From positions 169,958,897 through 170,022,896 of the forward strand of contig NC_085845.1 in NCBI RefSeq assembly GCF_035594765.1: DNA of 64,000 nt, in the 5' to 3' direction. This document shows positions 1 to 12,037 of this stretch, piece by piece. Below the pieces are notes generated by a model that saw nothing but the letters and a program-made list of their open reading frames with translations, did not search any database and was not told the origin of the DNA. Source of the stretch: Anolis carolinensis (Eukaryota). Position 1 is the first letter of the stretch. Each line of letters starts with the position of its first letter. Both the position numbers and the translations under genes were made by a program.

Positions 1-1276
1 AATCCAAGAAAGAGTAGAAGAATTGAAAGCATGCACAGATGAGACAAGCAGTTTAGTCTGCCTTGCTTTTCTATTGACAAACTTTGCTTCTATTGATAAT
101 GTTATTGACCCTTTAAAAGACATTTAACAGAATTCTGGAGAAAAGAGGAAAAGATAGATCTAGAACAATTTTTGTATTTGGTTTTGCAATAACTGTGGTA
201 GGATTTGTTAAACTTCTGCCAAGCTGCAGGCAGAAGATTTACTCAATGTACAGTAGTTGGATTTTGTTTAAATCTTCAAATGGAATGTAACACCAGCAGA
301 CACTGCAAATCTATACAGGTACTGCATTCTATCACATTTGTAGTACACCCTCAAAATGTTCTTCCATTCTCTGCCTCATCTTTATATGTTGTTTAGATAT
401 TTGTTGCCCCTCCCACCTAAATAAAGTGTCAAAAACCACACTATGAACTACTTACATGAACAACGATTCTATGAATATGAATTAATGCATTTAAAATTGG
501 AGCAAAAATTATAGCTGATTTGTCCTAGACTGATTTGAAAGATCATACCACTATTTTATATTGTCTCTTTTCAAGCTAAATCTACAATGATACATTAACT
601 TCTTGACCTGTTTTCTGAATTTTAAATCTTAAATACCATAGATTCTAAAACAACATATTTGCCCCAGAGCCCTAATATATTTTAATCCACAATAGGCTAA
701 CAGGTTACTTACTGCTAGAGGTTTTGTATTTCCCTTTGTGATTTAAGTAAACAGAAGTTACAGGAGAATACATACACACCAAAAATATGCAAAAAGACAT
801 TATTGCTTCCAAACCACAAGTTGTTAATTGACAGATCTTTTTCTTTATTAACAGAATCTTAACGGAAATTAAGAAATAACTTTCTAGCATTTGCTTGTCC
901 ACATTTAAGAGAAGGACCGGGCATTAGGTAAAACAGAAATTTAAATCTACTTGATTTTATCTCTGGTGACTTCTTGATTCTGCCTCTGATGGCCCTGCTC
1001 TATTTATCATCAGATTTGTGTACATGAATGACAACTATTATTCTGAAGATACTGGTTTGTACCCACTGAATCTGAGTTGAGCAGAATCGCAATACTATTA
1101 TTCAAAAGACACTGCAGTTTCACAATTGCAAGAAATGAATTGTACTAATGTTACTAATTGTGGGATCTCTTACGCCCCTTCCATACAGCTGTATAAAATC
1201 CTCATGGAACTGGATTATATGGTAGTGTGGACTCAGATAATCCAGTTCAAAATAGATATTGCAGATTTTCTGCCAT

Positions 1277-1942
1277 GAAAACCAAGATTATGGCAACCGG
1301 ACTGACTGATAACTGGCAAATAGAGGGAGAAAACGTGGAGGCAGTGACAGACTTTATATTTCTAGGCACGAAGATCACTGCAGATGCAGACTGCAGCCAG
1401 GAAATCAGAAGACATTTACTTCTTGGGAGGAGAGCAATGGCCAACCTCGATAAAATAGTGAAGAGCAGAGACATCACACTGGCAACGAATGTCCGCATAG
1501 TTAAAGCAATGGTATTCCCCATAGTAACCTATGGATGCGAGAGCTGGACCATAAGGAAGGCTGAGCGAAGGAAGACTGATGTTTTTGAACTGTGGTGTTC
1601 GAGGAAAATTCTGAAAGTCCCTTGGACCGCAAGAAGATCCAATCAGTCCATACTCCAGGAAATAATGCCCGGCTGTTCACTGAAGGGAAGGATATTAGAG
1701 GCAAAGATGAAGTACTTTGGCCACATCATGAGGAGACAGGAAAGCTTGGAGAAGATCATGATGCTGGGGAAAATGGAAGGAAAAAGGAAGAGAGGCCGAC
1801 CAAGGGCAAGATGGATGGATGGTATCCTTGAAGTGACTGGCTTGACTTTGAAGGAACTGGGGGCAGCGACAGCCAACAGGAAGCGTGGGCTGGTCCATGA
1901 GATTAGGAAGAGTCGGAAGTGATTGAACGAATAAACTACAAC
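1277..1942 (+). mobile_element. RTE-clade (BovB-like) LINE, 5'-truncated 3' fragment
   Basis: Open frame ...FLGTKITADADCSQEIRRHLLLGR...VFPIVTYGCESWT...YFGHIMRR...GKRKRGRPRARWMD, the typical RTE/BovB C-terminus. Confidence 0.9.
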
Positions 1943-2695
1943 TTTGGCTGGAAGGGCTCTTACTAAACCCTATCTATCCATGTTAATGTTAATTCCCAAA
2001 CATGAGATTTGTGGCTCCTTTGGTATGTTCAATGTATTGATGTTTTGTCACACACACTAAAATGTATGTTTACTATTCCCACTGTAATTGAAGTTTCATT
2101 TACCATAGCTATTGTCTTGGAAATATTTTATCTTAAAATACGTTTACCTTCGTAATGCATAAAACCACAACAAAGTTACCTTCCACACAAAACAATTGTA
2201 AGTAAGGACCACTGGATTAAATCCAATAATAATGCCAACAGCAGATCAGATGAGGTCTTATGTAAGTGGTGACTAACAAACCCCACTCATTTCAAAGGGT
2301 TCACTCTAGTTGAGGCTAGATTAGTATTTAGCCCACTGTTTAATACAGGGAGGGGCAACCTGTGATCTGGCCCTTCAAATACTGTAGATACCACCAGCCT
2401 GTTAGCCTTGCTAATTGTGAATGATGACGAGAACTGCTTTTCAACAATATTTTGAATGGTTCAAGTTGCTCTTAATGGAACTTGCTCCACTAAATAAAAG
2501 CTTCTGCAAATTTAACCACAGAATACACAACTGATTGCCCACTCACTAAAAGAAATTCTAAGATTCCACCTTGTACTTAAAAGTTAAAAAAGCAATGCTT
2601 TTGGGTTGGAAAGATTAGCCGTTTACATCACTTTTTAAATGTATTATGTAATGTTTTTGACACAAAATAAATAAATAAATAAACCTTGTACTTAC

Positions 2696-2746
2696 CTTCA
2701 ATTGATAAATCCAGAGCACTACTATTTTCCATAGTTTGCAAGAGCT
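2696..2746 (-). CDS. MEI1: MEI1 coding exon 3 (gene continues beyond window start)
   Basis: ttacag|(E)LLQTMENSSALDLSIE|gtaagt. 51 bp, similar to human LLCSMEDGSVTDLCIE. Confidence 0.85.
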
Positions 2747-3899
2747 CTGTAAAATAAATTCACAGATAAGAGACTCGTGGTCTTGGAAAACAACAGTCAC
2801 AACAATGTTGCTGTTCTCAGAAACAAAGCCATAAAGAAAGATGTAAGGATTTGATGCTATCAATGCATAATAAATGCATATAAAAGCAGGACATATATCA
2901 CTTCAAGCATTCAGAGCATTTGAATACATTAATAATCTTATAGCACCCCCTAAAAATTGGCAGAGATTGAGAAGATGGTATTTCCCATAAATGGGAAAGA
3001 GGCGCAATTCACTCATTTATGGGTTATTTTATGCATGCCAAACAATGAGACAGGAGACCAAGTTCTTACATTGTGACTTTTGAGACACCATCCCTTCCTA
3101 GCCAATTTAATTATAAAGTCCTGACCTGACAGACCTATATAATACATCTTAGAAAAACAGATTAAAAACTTTTTTTTCTGAAGGGGATAGATTGCTCCTC
3201 CTGCCTCCCCAGAATGCCATAGTGGTTTAAGCATTGGACTGTGACTGTGGAGAGAAGAGTTCAAATCCCGATCTTGGGCTAGTTAGTCTTTCAGCTTTAG
3301 AGGAAAACAAAAGGAAAAACTCTTAACAAAACCTGGCAATAAAGCCCTGTGATGAAATCACCTTAGTGTCACCATAAATGGGAAATAATTCCAAACATAC
3401 CATAATTCTCATTCTGTGGATCAAGAGGAACAATCTATTAACTCGTGGGACTGACATTTGAGGTACAGGCAGTCCCCAAGATAGATAGATAGCTTTGGAT
3501 AACATAGGGAAGGGTTAACACCCTGTGGTTTTTGTTTTGCTGTCTGTGCTTCTTTTCAGAAGATTTCTCCCCACCTTCTGTCCCTGTAACATTTTTTTTT
3601 TAAATTGGCTTGTTGTGGAAGCAAGGATTGGTGATAAAGCTTCAGCGGAAACATCTTTTCCCCATGATAACTCTTCCTGGAGTGAATTTTCTTCCTCAGG
3701 GGTAGATTTCCCTTACTTCTTGTTGTCTCATCCCTGTTCTTAACTATGAGTTGTATGTAAGTCAGGGACTGTATCGAGGACTGTCTGTGTTTAGCTTTTC
3801 TTCTTCCAGATAACAACTGCCAGGAGCCAATTAAATTTGGAACCATAAAACACAGAGATATTAACTATCATTTCTCTAAGTCACAGTAAAAAAAAATCA

Positions 3900-4115
3900 G
3901 CCTACTACAATTTAGTGTAATGGCTTGAGCGTTCGACTATGACTCTAGAGACTAGGGTTCAAATCTCTACTGAGTAACCCTGGGCAAGTCACATTCTCTC
4001 AGTCTTAGGAAGGCAAAGGAAAGCTCCCTCTGAACAAATCAAGCCAATAAAACCTCATGATAGGTTCACCTTAGGGTTGCCTCACTTCAGAAACACCTAG
4101 AAAACACATAACAAT
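3900..4115 (+). mobile_element. Old tRNA-derived squamate SINE, third family
   Basis: A/B boxes, ctgggcaagtcac core, (CAA)n-like tail; degenerate copies at about 3215, 4905, 23480, 23655 and 28700. Confidence 0.65.
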
Positions 4116-4726
4116 ACCACATTTCGACTCTTTCGCTGATAAGAGTCAAACATCTCATCACAGCCGATAGTAGAACTGTACCTCAAAAAACTAATTCCAC
4201 TGCCACTATCCCTAGCTGGCAATACAGTTGCCCAGTGCTGGTTAAATGGAGAGTCTGGGTTCATGTGCTCCCTTACTTTCTGGGCATGACAGATAAAAGA
4301 TAGACTCAGAAGTGTTATATCATACAGAAGCAAACAAAACCAAAATGCAAATGTATTTTGTTAGTAATGGGATAATGCACTCCCTTAGATCATTCTCAGT
4401 CTCTATATATTTTTCCAGGCTTAAACTGCCATGCTAATGCAAAAAGGATGTAACAAGGTTACTAAAACTAATTATTTGTTTTTATGCAACTGGATATCTG
4501 TTAATGTTTGCTCATAATTTTAACAAGAAATCAAAAACCCATTTGCCAGATATGCAACTCATAAAAAGGGAAAATGTATACAAACATTTAGGCATTTTAA
4601 TTTAGACCTTGTAATGCATAAACTCATCAATTACACAAAACAGACACTGCAGAATGGAAAGACATTCAGACAGGATATTAATTCTCTCTAAATCTGTGAA
4701 ATTCAGTTTGTATGATTGTCCCTTAC

Positions 4727-4850
4727 CAAACAAAGTTGCTAAGAAATGAGCGCATACTCTTTCATCTTGGGCAAACAATGGGATGACCAGTGTTGCATGC
4801 TGAAACAGAGCATCTTGAAGGCAGGAGAGCACATGCTTCTTGCGTACTTG
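4727..4850 (-). CDS. MEI1: MEI1 coding exon 2
   Basis: tttag|QVRKKHVLSCLQDALFQHATLVIPLFAQDERVCAHFLATLF-G|gtaagg. Matches human VRKKHMLSCFQDAL...QDQRVCIHF. 124 bp, phase consistent. Confidence 0.92.
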
Positions 4851-5394
4851 CTAAAGGTTAGGCAAAAAAAATTGCAACTATTAATTATGAAAAGAACTAG
4901 CATGCTGTTTAAGTGTTGGACCAGCATTGAGATCAGCATTTTTACGCCTTTTTGGCCATGGGCGATCTTGGGCAAGTCATGTTCTCTCAGCTTCAGAAGT
5001 CACTGGCAAACCCCCTCTGAAGAAATCTTGCTGAGAAATCTTTAGCTTTATCTTAGGATTGCCATAAGTGAGAAATTATTTGAAGGCACACAGGAACAAT
5101 GCATTAGGTAACAGAAGCAAGGCTTAAATTCTCATATAAACCTATATACTCGTACATATATTTTTCAAACACTTCTTGGTTTCTTTTTGGAAACAAGCAC
5201 AATACATAAAACTGCCCATGGCATCATTATATACCATGTCATAACAAAATAGTGTCCATTACATAAAATGGCAAAATCTAGGCTTGATTTTGAGATTTAA
5301 AAAAATATTTTCGAGCTGTGAATGATTAGATCTGTGGATACAGAAGGGCTGGCTCCGATCTCTAAAACATTTTTCATAACCCAATTTACATGTA

Positions 5395-5720
5395 TAGTGT
5401 TCCCTCATGGGAGTTAGGTTCCAGGACCACCCACAATAAGTGAAAATCCGTGAAGTAGGGACGCTATATATTTATACATTATTTTAGTAGTTATACACTA
5501 TTTTAAATCTTTATCAACCAATCATGTGTTGATAAATCGCCTCCTTCTCCTCCCGTTGCCACTTGGGCTCCTTTTCTCTCCTTTTGGCTTCTCCTTCCTC
5601 CCTTCCTTAGGCTGTAAATTGTAATTTTTTATGATTTATAATAGTCTTTTAGAGTTTATTGAAAAACCACAAAACAGCGAATCTGCAAAAAGTGAACCGC
5701 GAAGTAGTGAGGGAACGCTG
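5395..5720. mobile_element. Tc1/mariner MITE
   Basis: agtgttccctca ... tgagggaacgctg, TA flanks. Confidence 0.7.
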
Positions 5721-5974
5721 TACAACACTGTTTCACAATATACAGTAGACTCTCAGTTAACCAGAACTCAGGCAAAAGGGAAAAAAAACTTAAAAAAACA
5801 AAATCAGTTTTTAGTGGAAATGTAAATTTGTGTTTATTTGTCTCTATTTCATTAAGTCACGACAGAGTTTGATATAGTATGGGATATAGCATTAGTTAGG
5901 CCTGTTTAATCGTAATCCTCAAGCAACCAGAAACTATATTTATCTAGCATCTACCAATCCCCATGGATGCAATA

Positions 5975-6457
5975 AGGCCCCTTCTCCACATTATCGGCTT
6001 TAAACTGAATTATCTAAGGGCCCCTCTACACTGCCCTATAAAATCCACATTATCTGCTTTGAATTGGATTATATGGCAGTGTCGGCTCAGATAATCCAAA
6101 GCAGATAATGTGGATTTTACAGGGCAGTGTAAGAAGGGACCCTCAGGCCCCTATAAACAGCTCTATAAAATTCACATTGAACTTGATTATTTGGCAGTGT
6201 GGACTCGATAACCTAGGGTCCTTCCAGACAGCTATATTACCCAGAAAATCAAGGCACAAAATCCCACAATATCTGCTTTGAACTGGGTAATGCGAGTCCA
6301 CACTGCCATATATTCCAGTTCAAAGCAGATAATGTGAATTATCTGCCTTGATAGTCTGGGTTATATAGCTGTGTCAAAGGACCCTGTGTCTACACTGCCA
6401 TATAATCCAGTTCAAAGCAGATAATCTGGATTTTACGTGGCAGTGTAGAAAGGGCCT
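5975..6457. mobile_element. Nested stack of PIF/Harbinger-like palindromic MITEs
   Basis: Repeated ggcccct(t)ctacactgccatata...tatatggcagtgtagaagggcc units; others at 1175, 6781, 8441, 9195, 46543 and 62940. Confidence 0.65.
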
Positions 6458-7222
6458 GAGGCTAACATTCTAGACTAATTTACCTTTTGAAACTTCTAAT
6501 GTGCATGCCATCTGATAAAAACCTGTTGTGATTACTGTTACAATACTTTGAATAATGGGCTTTTGCCTGTACACTCTACACATATACTGTTGTTTTCATT
6601 GCTTGTGCTTTTTATATATAGTTCCTGCTTTTATCAAAGTTTATTGTATTCTAGCTACAATATTGTAGCATAGTCTTGTTACTGGAGGTGGTCCATGAGG
6701 GTCACACTATGAATTGTTTAAAGTAAACACAGACCTGATGAACCTTACCCTCACTGTTCTGACATGTTCAGTAGACTCTCGGGGCCCTTCCACACAACCA
6801 CCCAGAATATCAAGGCAGAAAATTCACAACATCTGCTTTGAACTGAGTTATTTGAGCCCACACTGCCATATAATCAAATTCAATGTTGATTTTATACAGC
6901 TGTGTGGAAGGGGGCTCAGACAACTAGAACTCAAGTAACTTTCAAAAAAGTAAAAGAAAGAATACTTTATTGCATGCTGTATTTACACAATTGTGTTTAT
7001 AATACTGTACAGTAAAATTGTGTTACATTATGTCATCTTTATTTGTCTTAGTTTGTTTTTAATTGTATTTCAGTATTAAAATCAAGTCAATACAAAGTTT
7101 ATAGCATGGTATAGTATGGGGTATAGCATTAGTTAACCTATTTTTAATATAGTTTATGGTAAATACAGAAAGGGGTATATCGCATTAAATAGGCCTATTT
7201 TTAATATGAAATCGCTACAGTG

Positions 7223-7596
7223 CAGGCAGTCCCCAAGTTACAAACAAGATAAGTCGCATAGGTTATTCTTAAGTTGAACAGATACAAATTTTAAGTGTAA
7301 CCCCAGCCAAAATATGTATATTTTTAGCTTTGGATAACATAGGGAAGGGTCAATGCCACTGTGGTGTTTGTTTTGCTGTCTGTGCCGGTTCAGATTTCAC
7401 CTCTTTCTGTCCCTGTGATAATTGGATTTGGAAAAATCTGGCTTGTTGTGAAAATAAGGATTGGTGATAAAGCCTCTGTGGAGACATTTTTCTCTCAGGA
7501 CAACTCTTCCAGTAGATTTCTCTCATTTCTTGTTGTCTCACCTGTTCTTAATTGTGTCATTTGCACGTCAGATGTCAGTAACTTGGGGACAGCCTG
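7223..7596. mobile_element. Tigger-like MITE
   Basis: TIR caggcagtccccaagtta / taacttggggacagcctg; copies at 3466-3787 and 20150-20533. Confidence 0.8.
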
Positions 7597-7624
7597 TACA
7601 TAGTTATGGTTAGTATGGGGTATG

Positions 7625-7778
7625 GTAACAGCGCTCCATGCAGTCATGCCGGCCACATGACCTTAGAGGTGTCTATGGACGCCAGCTCTTCAGCTTAGAA
7701 ACGGGGATGAGCACACACACACACACCCCCGCAGTCAGACACAACTAAACAAATGTCAAGAGGAAACCTTTACCTTTG
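7625..7778 (+). mobile_element. Sauria-type SINE 3' half
   Basis: ctccatgcagtcatgccggccacatgacc...aaacctttaccttt. Confidence 0.8.
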
Positions 7779-7842
7779 TAGTATTAGTTAAGCCTATTTT
7801 TAATATGAAGTCAATACAGAGTTTATTGTAAGTATAGGATAG

Positions 7843-8220
7843 TCTTCTCAGTGGTGGCCCCTCAGCTGTGGAACTCCCTTCCTAGTGAAATCAGATCATT
7901 TCCCTCCCTCCGTCCTTTAGAAAGAAAGTTAAAACTTGGCTATGGAACCAAGCATTTGGACAGTAGTACAGGGCAACGAGCAGCTATGAAGGGAATGGAA
8001 TGTGATTTGAACAGCTTCTGGATTATGATTTCGGGTCCATGTGCAATGTTCAACAGCATATTTAATGTATTTATAAGCTATTGTTATGATTTTAATGCAT
8101 AATGTATTAGTATGTTTTATGTTTAATGTGCCATTCAATATTGCCAATTTGGAGGCCGCTCTGAGTCCCTGTCCAGGAGTGAGATAGAGTGAGATAAAAA
8201 TGTGGTAATTAAAAAAAAAC
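7843..8220 (+). mobile_element. L2-clade LINE 3' fragment
   Basis: VAPQLWNSLPSEIRS and a degenerate tail. Confidence 0.7.
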
Positions 8221-8924
8221 AGGCCTATTTTTAATATGAAGTCAATAAAGAGTTTATGGTAAGTATAGTATGAGGTATAGGAGGCATAGGTAAGCTTTGG
8301 CTCTCTGGGTGTTTTGGACTTCAACTCCCACAATTCCTAACAGCCAGTAGACTGGTAGTTAAGCCTATATGTAATAGTAACTCTCAGGTGACCAGAAATT
8401 ATCTGGATCTACCAATCCCTCGGGGTGCCAGTTGACTAAGGGCCCTTCTACACAGCCATATAACCCAGAATATCAAGGCAGATAACCCACAATATCAGCT
8501 TTGAACTGGGTTATCTGAGTCCACACTACCATATAATCCAGTTCAGTGTGGACTTTATACAGCTGTGTGGAAGAGGCCTGAGTCTACTGTAGCTGCTTTT
8601 ACCAAATTTCCTGGTATTTTAGCTACAATATTGCTGCACTGGAGGTATTATATGGCAGTGTGGACTCAGATAATCCACATTTAAGAGAAGGCTTGAGGGT
8701 TAGGTAAAACAGAAATTTAAATCTACTTGATTTTATCTCTGGTGACTTCTTGATTCTGCCTCTGGTAGCCCTGCTCTATATCCCATCAGATTTGTCAACA
8801 TAAGCCATAACTATTATTCTACAGGTACTGGTTTGTACCTACTGAATCCGAGTTGAGCAGAATCACAATACTATTATTCAATAGACACTTCCGTTTCACA
8901 GTTGCAAGAAATGAATTGTACTAA

Positions 8925-9159
8925 TGTATTGTCGAAGTCTTTCATGGCCAGAATCACTGGGTTGCTGAGTATTTCTGGCGGTATGGCCATGTTCTAGAAG
9001 CTTTCCCTCCTGACGTTTCCGCCCACAACTCTGGCAGGCATCCTCAGAGGTTGTGGAGTTCACAACCTCTGAGGATGCCTGACACAGATGGGGGTGAAAC
9101 GTCTGGAGAGAAAGCTTCTAGAACACAGCCATACCGCCCGAAAGACTCACAGCAACCCA
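8925..9159. mobile_element. Palindromic mini Penelope-like element (two inverted pLTR ends)
   Basis: Inverted arms around 9055-9061; same sequence as the pLTR at 11940-12037; hammerhead-like cores on both strands. Confidence 0.8.
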
Positions 9160-9302
9160 ACTGTACCAACATTACTAATTGTGGGATCTCTTAGGGCCTT
9201 TCCACACAGCTGTATAAAATACACATAAAACAGGATTATATGGCAGTGTGGACTCAGTTAATCCAGTTCAAAACAGATATTGTGGGACTTGCTGCCATTA
9301 TA

Positions 9303-9631
9303 AAAGGTAAAGGTTTCCCCTGATGTTAAGTCTAGTCATGTCCGATTCTAGAGATTGGTGCTCATCTAACATTTCTAAGCCGAAGAATCAGCGTTGTCCA
9401 TAGACACTTCCAAGGTCATGTGGCCGGCATGACTGCATGGAGTGCCGTTACCTTCCCGCCGGAGTGGTACCTATTGATCTACTCACATTTACATGTTTTT
9501 GAACTGCTAGGTTGGCAGGAGCTGGGGCTAACAGCGGGCACTCATTCCGCTCCCGGGATTTGAACCTGGCACCTTTCGGTCAGCAAGTTCAGCAGCTCAG
9601 CGCTTTAACACACTGTGCCATCAGGGGCCCC
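9303..9631 (-). mobile_element. Sauria-type SINE, full length
   Basis: tRNA-like head, (ACCTTT)n tail; TSD ctgccattata on both sides. Confidence 0.88.
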
Positions 9632-9849
9632 TATATTCTGCCATTATATTCTAGGTTATATGGCTGTGTGGAAGGACCCTGAGTCTACTGTAGCTCTTTT
9701 TACCAAATTTCCTGATATTTTAGCTATAAATATTTAGGGTTTTGCACTGGAGAAGGTCCATGGAGGCGACTCCAACTCTGGAGGCGCCTTTGCTTAAACT
9801 TAAACGATCGTCTTCCTCTTCGCTCTGAAATCTATTTGCTCTGAAGAAA

Positions 9850-10295
9850 CAGGTTTGAGGGGAGCCCCGCTGGCACACTGCTCCCCGCCTCACACTCGGG
9901 CGGCGGGCAAGAAGGCGAAGTGACAAGGGAGGGAAGTGCGGCCTGAGGTAATGACTGAGCCGCGCAGAGTGACGACAGGGAGCGAAGGCGCTTCCAGGGA
10001 CACGCACCGAGACACCGCCTTCCTCCAGCGTCTCCAGGGCGCAGGCCAAGCACAGCGGCGGCGAAGGCGAGAGCGCCACCAGCCAGCGGGAGTCGTGCCG
10101 AAGGTGGAACCGCGCGCAAACCAAAGGCTCCGCTGAGGGAGCAGCACCCGCCGCCATTTTGACCAATAATGCCTTCACCTCAGACAGGGAGCGAAAAGGG
10201 CGTCCAATTTGGCGGCATTGTTTGTGCGCATGCGCGCCGAGCCTGGGCAGAAGCACACATGCGCACTTAGCCTAGACAGAAGCACTCCCTCGTCC
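9850..10295 (-). promoter_or_regulatory. MEI1 CpG island and promoter
   Basis: NRF1 motif TGCGCATGCGC at about 10225; YY1 motif CCGCCATTTT over the ATG; E2F-like TTTGGCGG at about 10208. Confidence 0.7.
10008..10157 (-). CDS. MEI1: MEI1 (meiotic double-strand break formation protein 1), coding exon 1
   Basis: ATG at 10157. MAAGAAPSAEPLVCARFHLRHDSRWLVALSPSPPLCLACALETLEEGGVS resembles human MEI1 (HYRHDPRWLL...LCLACALE...GVS). Donor TCG|gtgcgt. CpG island. Confidence 0.9.
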
Positions 10296-10297
10296 AA

Positions 10298-12037
10298 TGT
10301 GTTGTGAAAGGCTTTCATGGCCGGAATCATTGGGATGCTGAGTTTTCCGGGCTGTATGGCCATGTTCCAGAAGCATTCCCTCCTGACGTTTCGCCCACAT
10401 CTATGGCAGGCATCTCAGAAATTGTGAGAGCTGTTGGAAATTAGGCCAGTTGAGTTTACATATCTGTGGAAAGTCCAGATGGGAGAAAACTATTGTCTCT
10501 TGGAGGCAAGTGTGAATGTAGCAATTAATCACCTTCATTAGCATTGAATAGCCTTGCAGATTCAAGACCTGGCTGATTCCTGCCTGGGGGAATCGTTTGT
10601 TGGGAGGTGTTAGCTGGCCCTGATTCATTCCTTTTCTGGGATTCCCCTGTTTTCAGAGTGTTGTTCTTTATTTACTGTCCTGATTTTAGAATTTTTTAAA
10701 TACTGGTAGCCAGATCAGCTCCCCTATGCGACCAGTGGTTCCTTTCACAGTTTACAGAAAACCTACACAAAAGGATAGATACACACACGCATAGATAGCT
10801 ACATAAAAACTCCCACCATCACCCAAGAAATAAATAAATAATCAAAGCCCTGGCAGACCATTGAAAAAGAATCTGTGAACCCCACCTCTTCCAAGGGGAA
10901 CTGAACCTTCTAAACTGGGCTCTACAGGCCAATCGATACTCCACCACAGACATCAGAAGAGCTGCAAGACCAAGAATAAGCCATGAGAGCAAAGACGAAG
11001 ATCCACCCAGAGGAAAAGTGTTCTTGCCATACATCAAGGGAATAACTGACCGCAGAGGAAGCTGATGAAGGAACACAACCTACAAACTATTTACAGACCC
11101 ACTAAGAAAATCCAACAAATGCTATGTTCAGCAAAGGACAAGAGGGATCCTCTCGTCTCTTCAGGAGTCTACTGTATACTATGCAGCTGTGGACAAGTCT
11201 ACATAAGGACCACCAAACGTAGCACCCAAACATGAATCAAGGAACATGAAAGGAACTGCAGACTATAGCAGACCACTTGATGAACCAACCTGGACACAGC
11301 ATATTATCTGAGAACACAGAAATGATGAACAATAGAATCATAGAGTTGGAAGAGACCTCATGGGCCATCCAGTCCAATCCCCCACCAAGAAGCAGGAAAT
11401 CGTATTCAAAGCACCCCTGACAGATGGCCATCCAGCCTCTGCTTAAAAGCCTCCAAAGAAGGAGCCTCCACCACACTCCGCAGCAGAGAGTTCCACTGCT
11501 GAACAGCTCTCACAGTGAAGAAGTTCTTCCTAATGTTGAAGTGGAATCTCCTTTCCTATAGTCTAACAACCACTGTGTCAGACTACACAGAGAAGCCATA
11601 GAAATCCACAAGCATGTGGACAATTTCAACAGAAAGGAGGAAACCATGAAAATGAACAAAATCTGGCTACCAGTATTGAAGAACTCTAAAACCAGTACAA
11701 TAAATAGAGAACAACACTCTGAAAACCGGAATTCCAGATAGGAAACAATCAAGGTCAGCCAACACCTTCCAACAAAGGATCCCCCCATGCAGGAAGCAGC
11801 CAGGCAAGGCTTTTCAATACTAATCAAGGTAGCCAATTGCTACATTAACACTTGCCTGAAACTGACAAGAATTCGCGCTCCCACCCTGGACTTTCCACAG
11901 ATATATAAACCTCCCTTGTCTAGTTTCCAACAAACCCCACAACCACTGAGGATGCCTGCCATAGATGTGGGCGAAACGTCAGAAGAGAATGCTTCTGAAA
12001 CATGGCCATACAGGTCGGAAAACTCACAGCATCCCAG
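10298..12037 (+). mobile_element. Penelope-like retroelement: inverted pLTR (10298-10715), 5'-truncated RT-thumb/GIY-YIG body, pLTR; nested CR1
   Basis: Degenerate translation VYRKPT...LPYIKGITD...GVYCILCSCGQVYIRTTKR...IKEHER (GIY-YIG). Inverted terminal copies. TSD-like tccctcgtcc / tctctcgtcc. Confidence 0.88.
11332..11560 (-). mobile_element. CR1 LINE 3' end nested in the Penelope element
   Basis: tagaatcatagagttggaagagacc... CR1 3' tail, same family as 32691. Confidence 0.85.

Noticed and set aside
1-2690. MEI1 exon 4
   Set aside because: No exon resembling VLIQITTQLKLEQ...DECHKE was found; it is presumably outside the window.
10381-10420. Hammerhead in the inverted pLTR next to the MEI1 promoter
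   Set aside because: The core reads CTGAGAT, a one-base deletion in CUGANGA, so it is probably inactive.
10298-12037. C22orf46-like gene between SNU13 and MEI1
   Set aside because: The interval is fully explained by Penelope and CR1 sequence.
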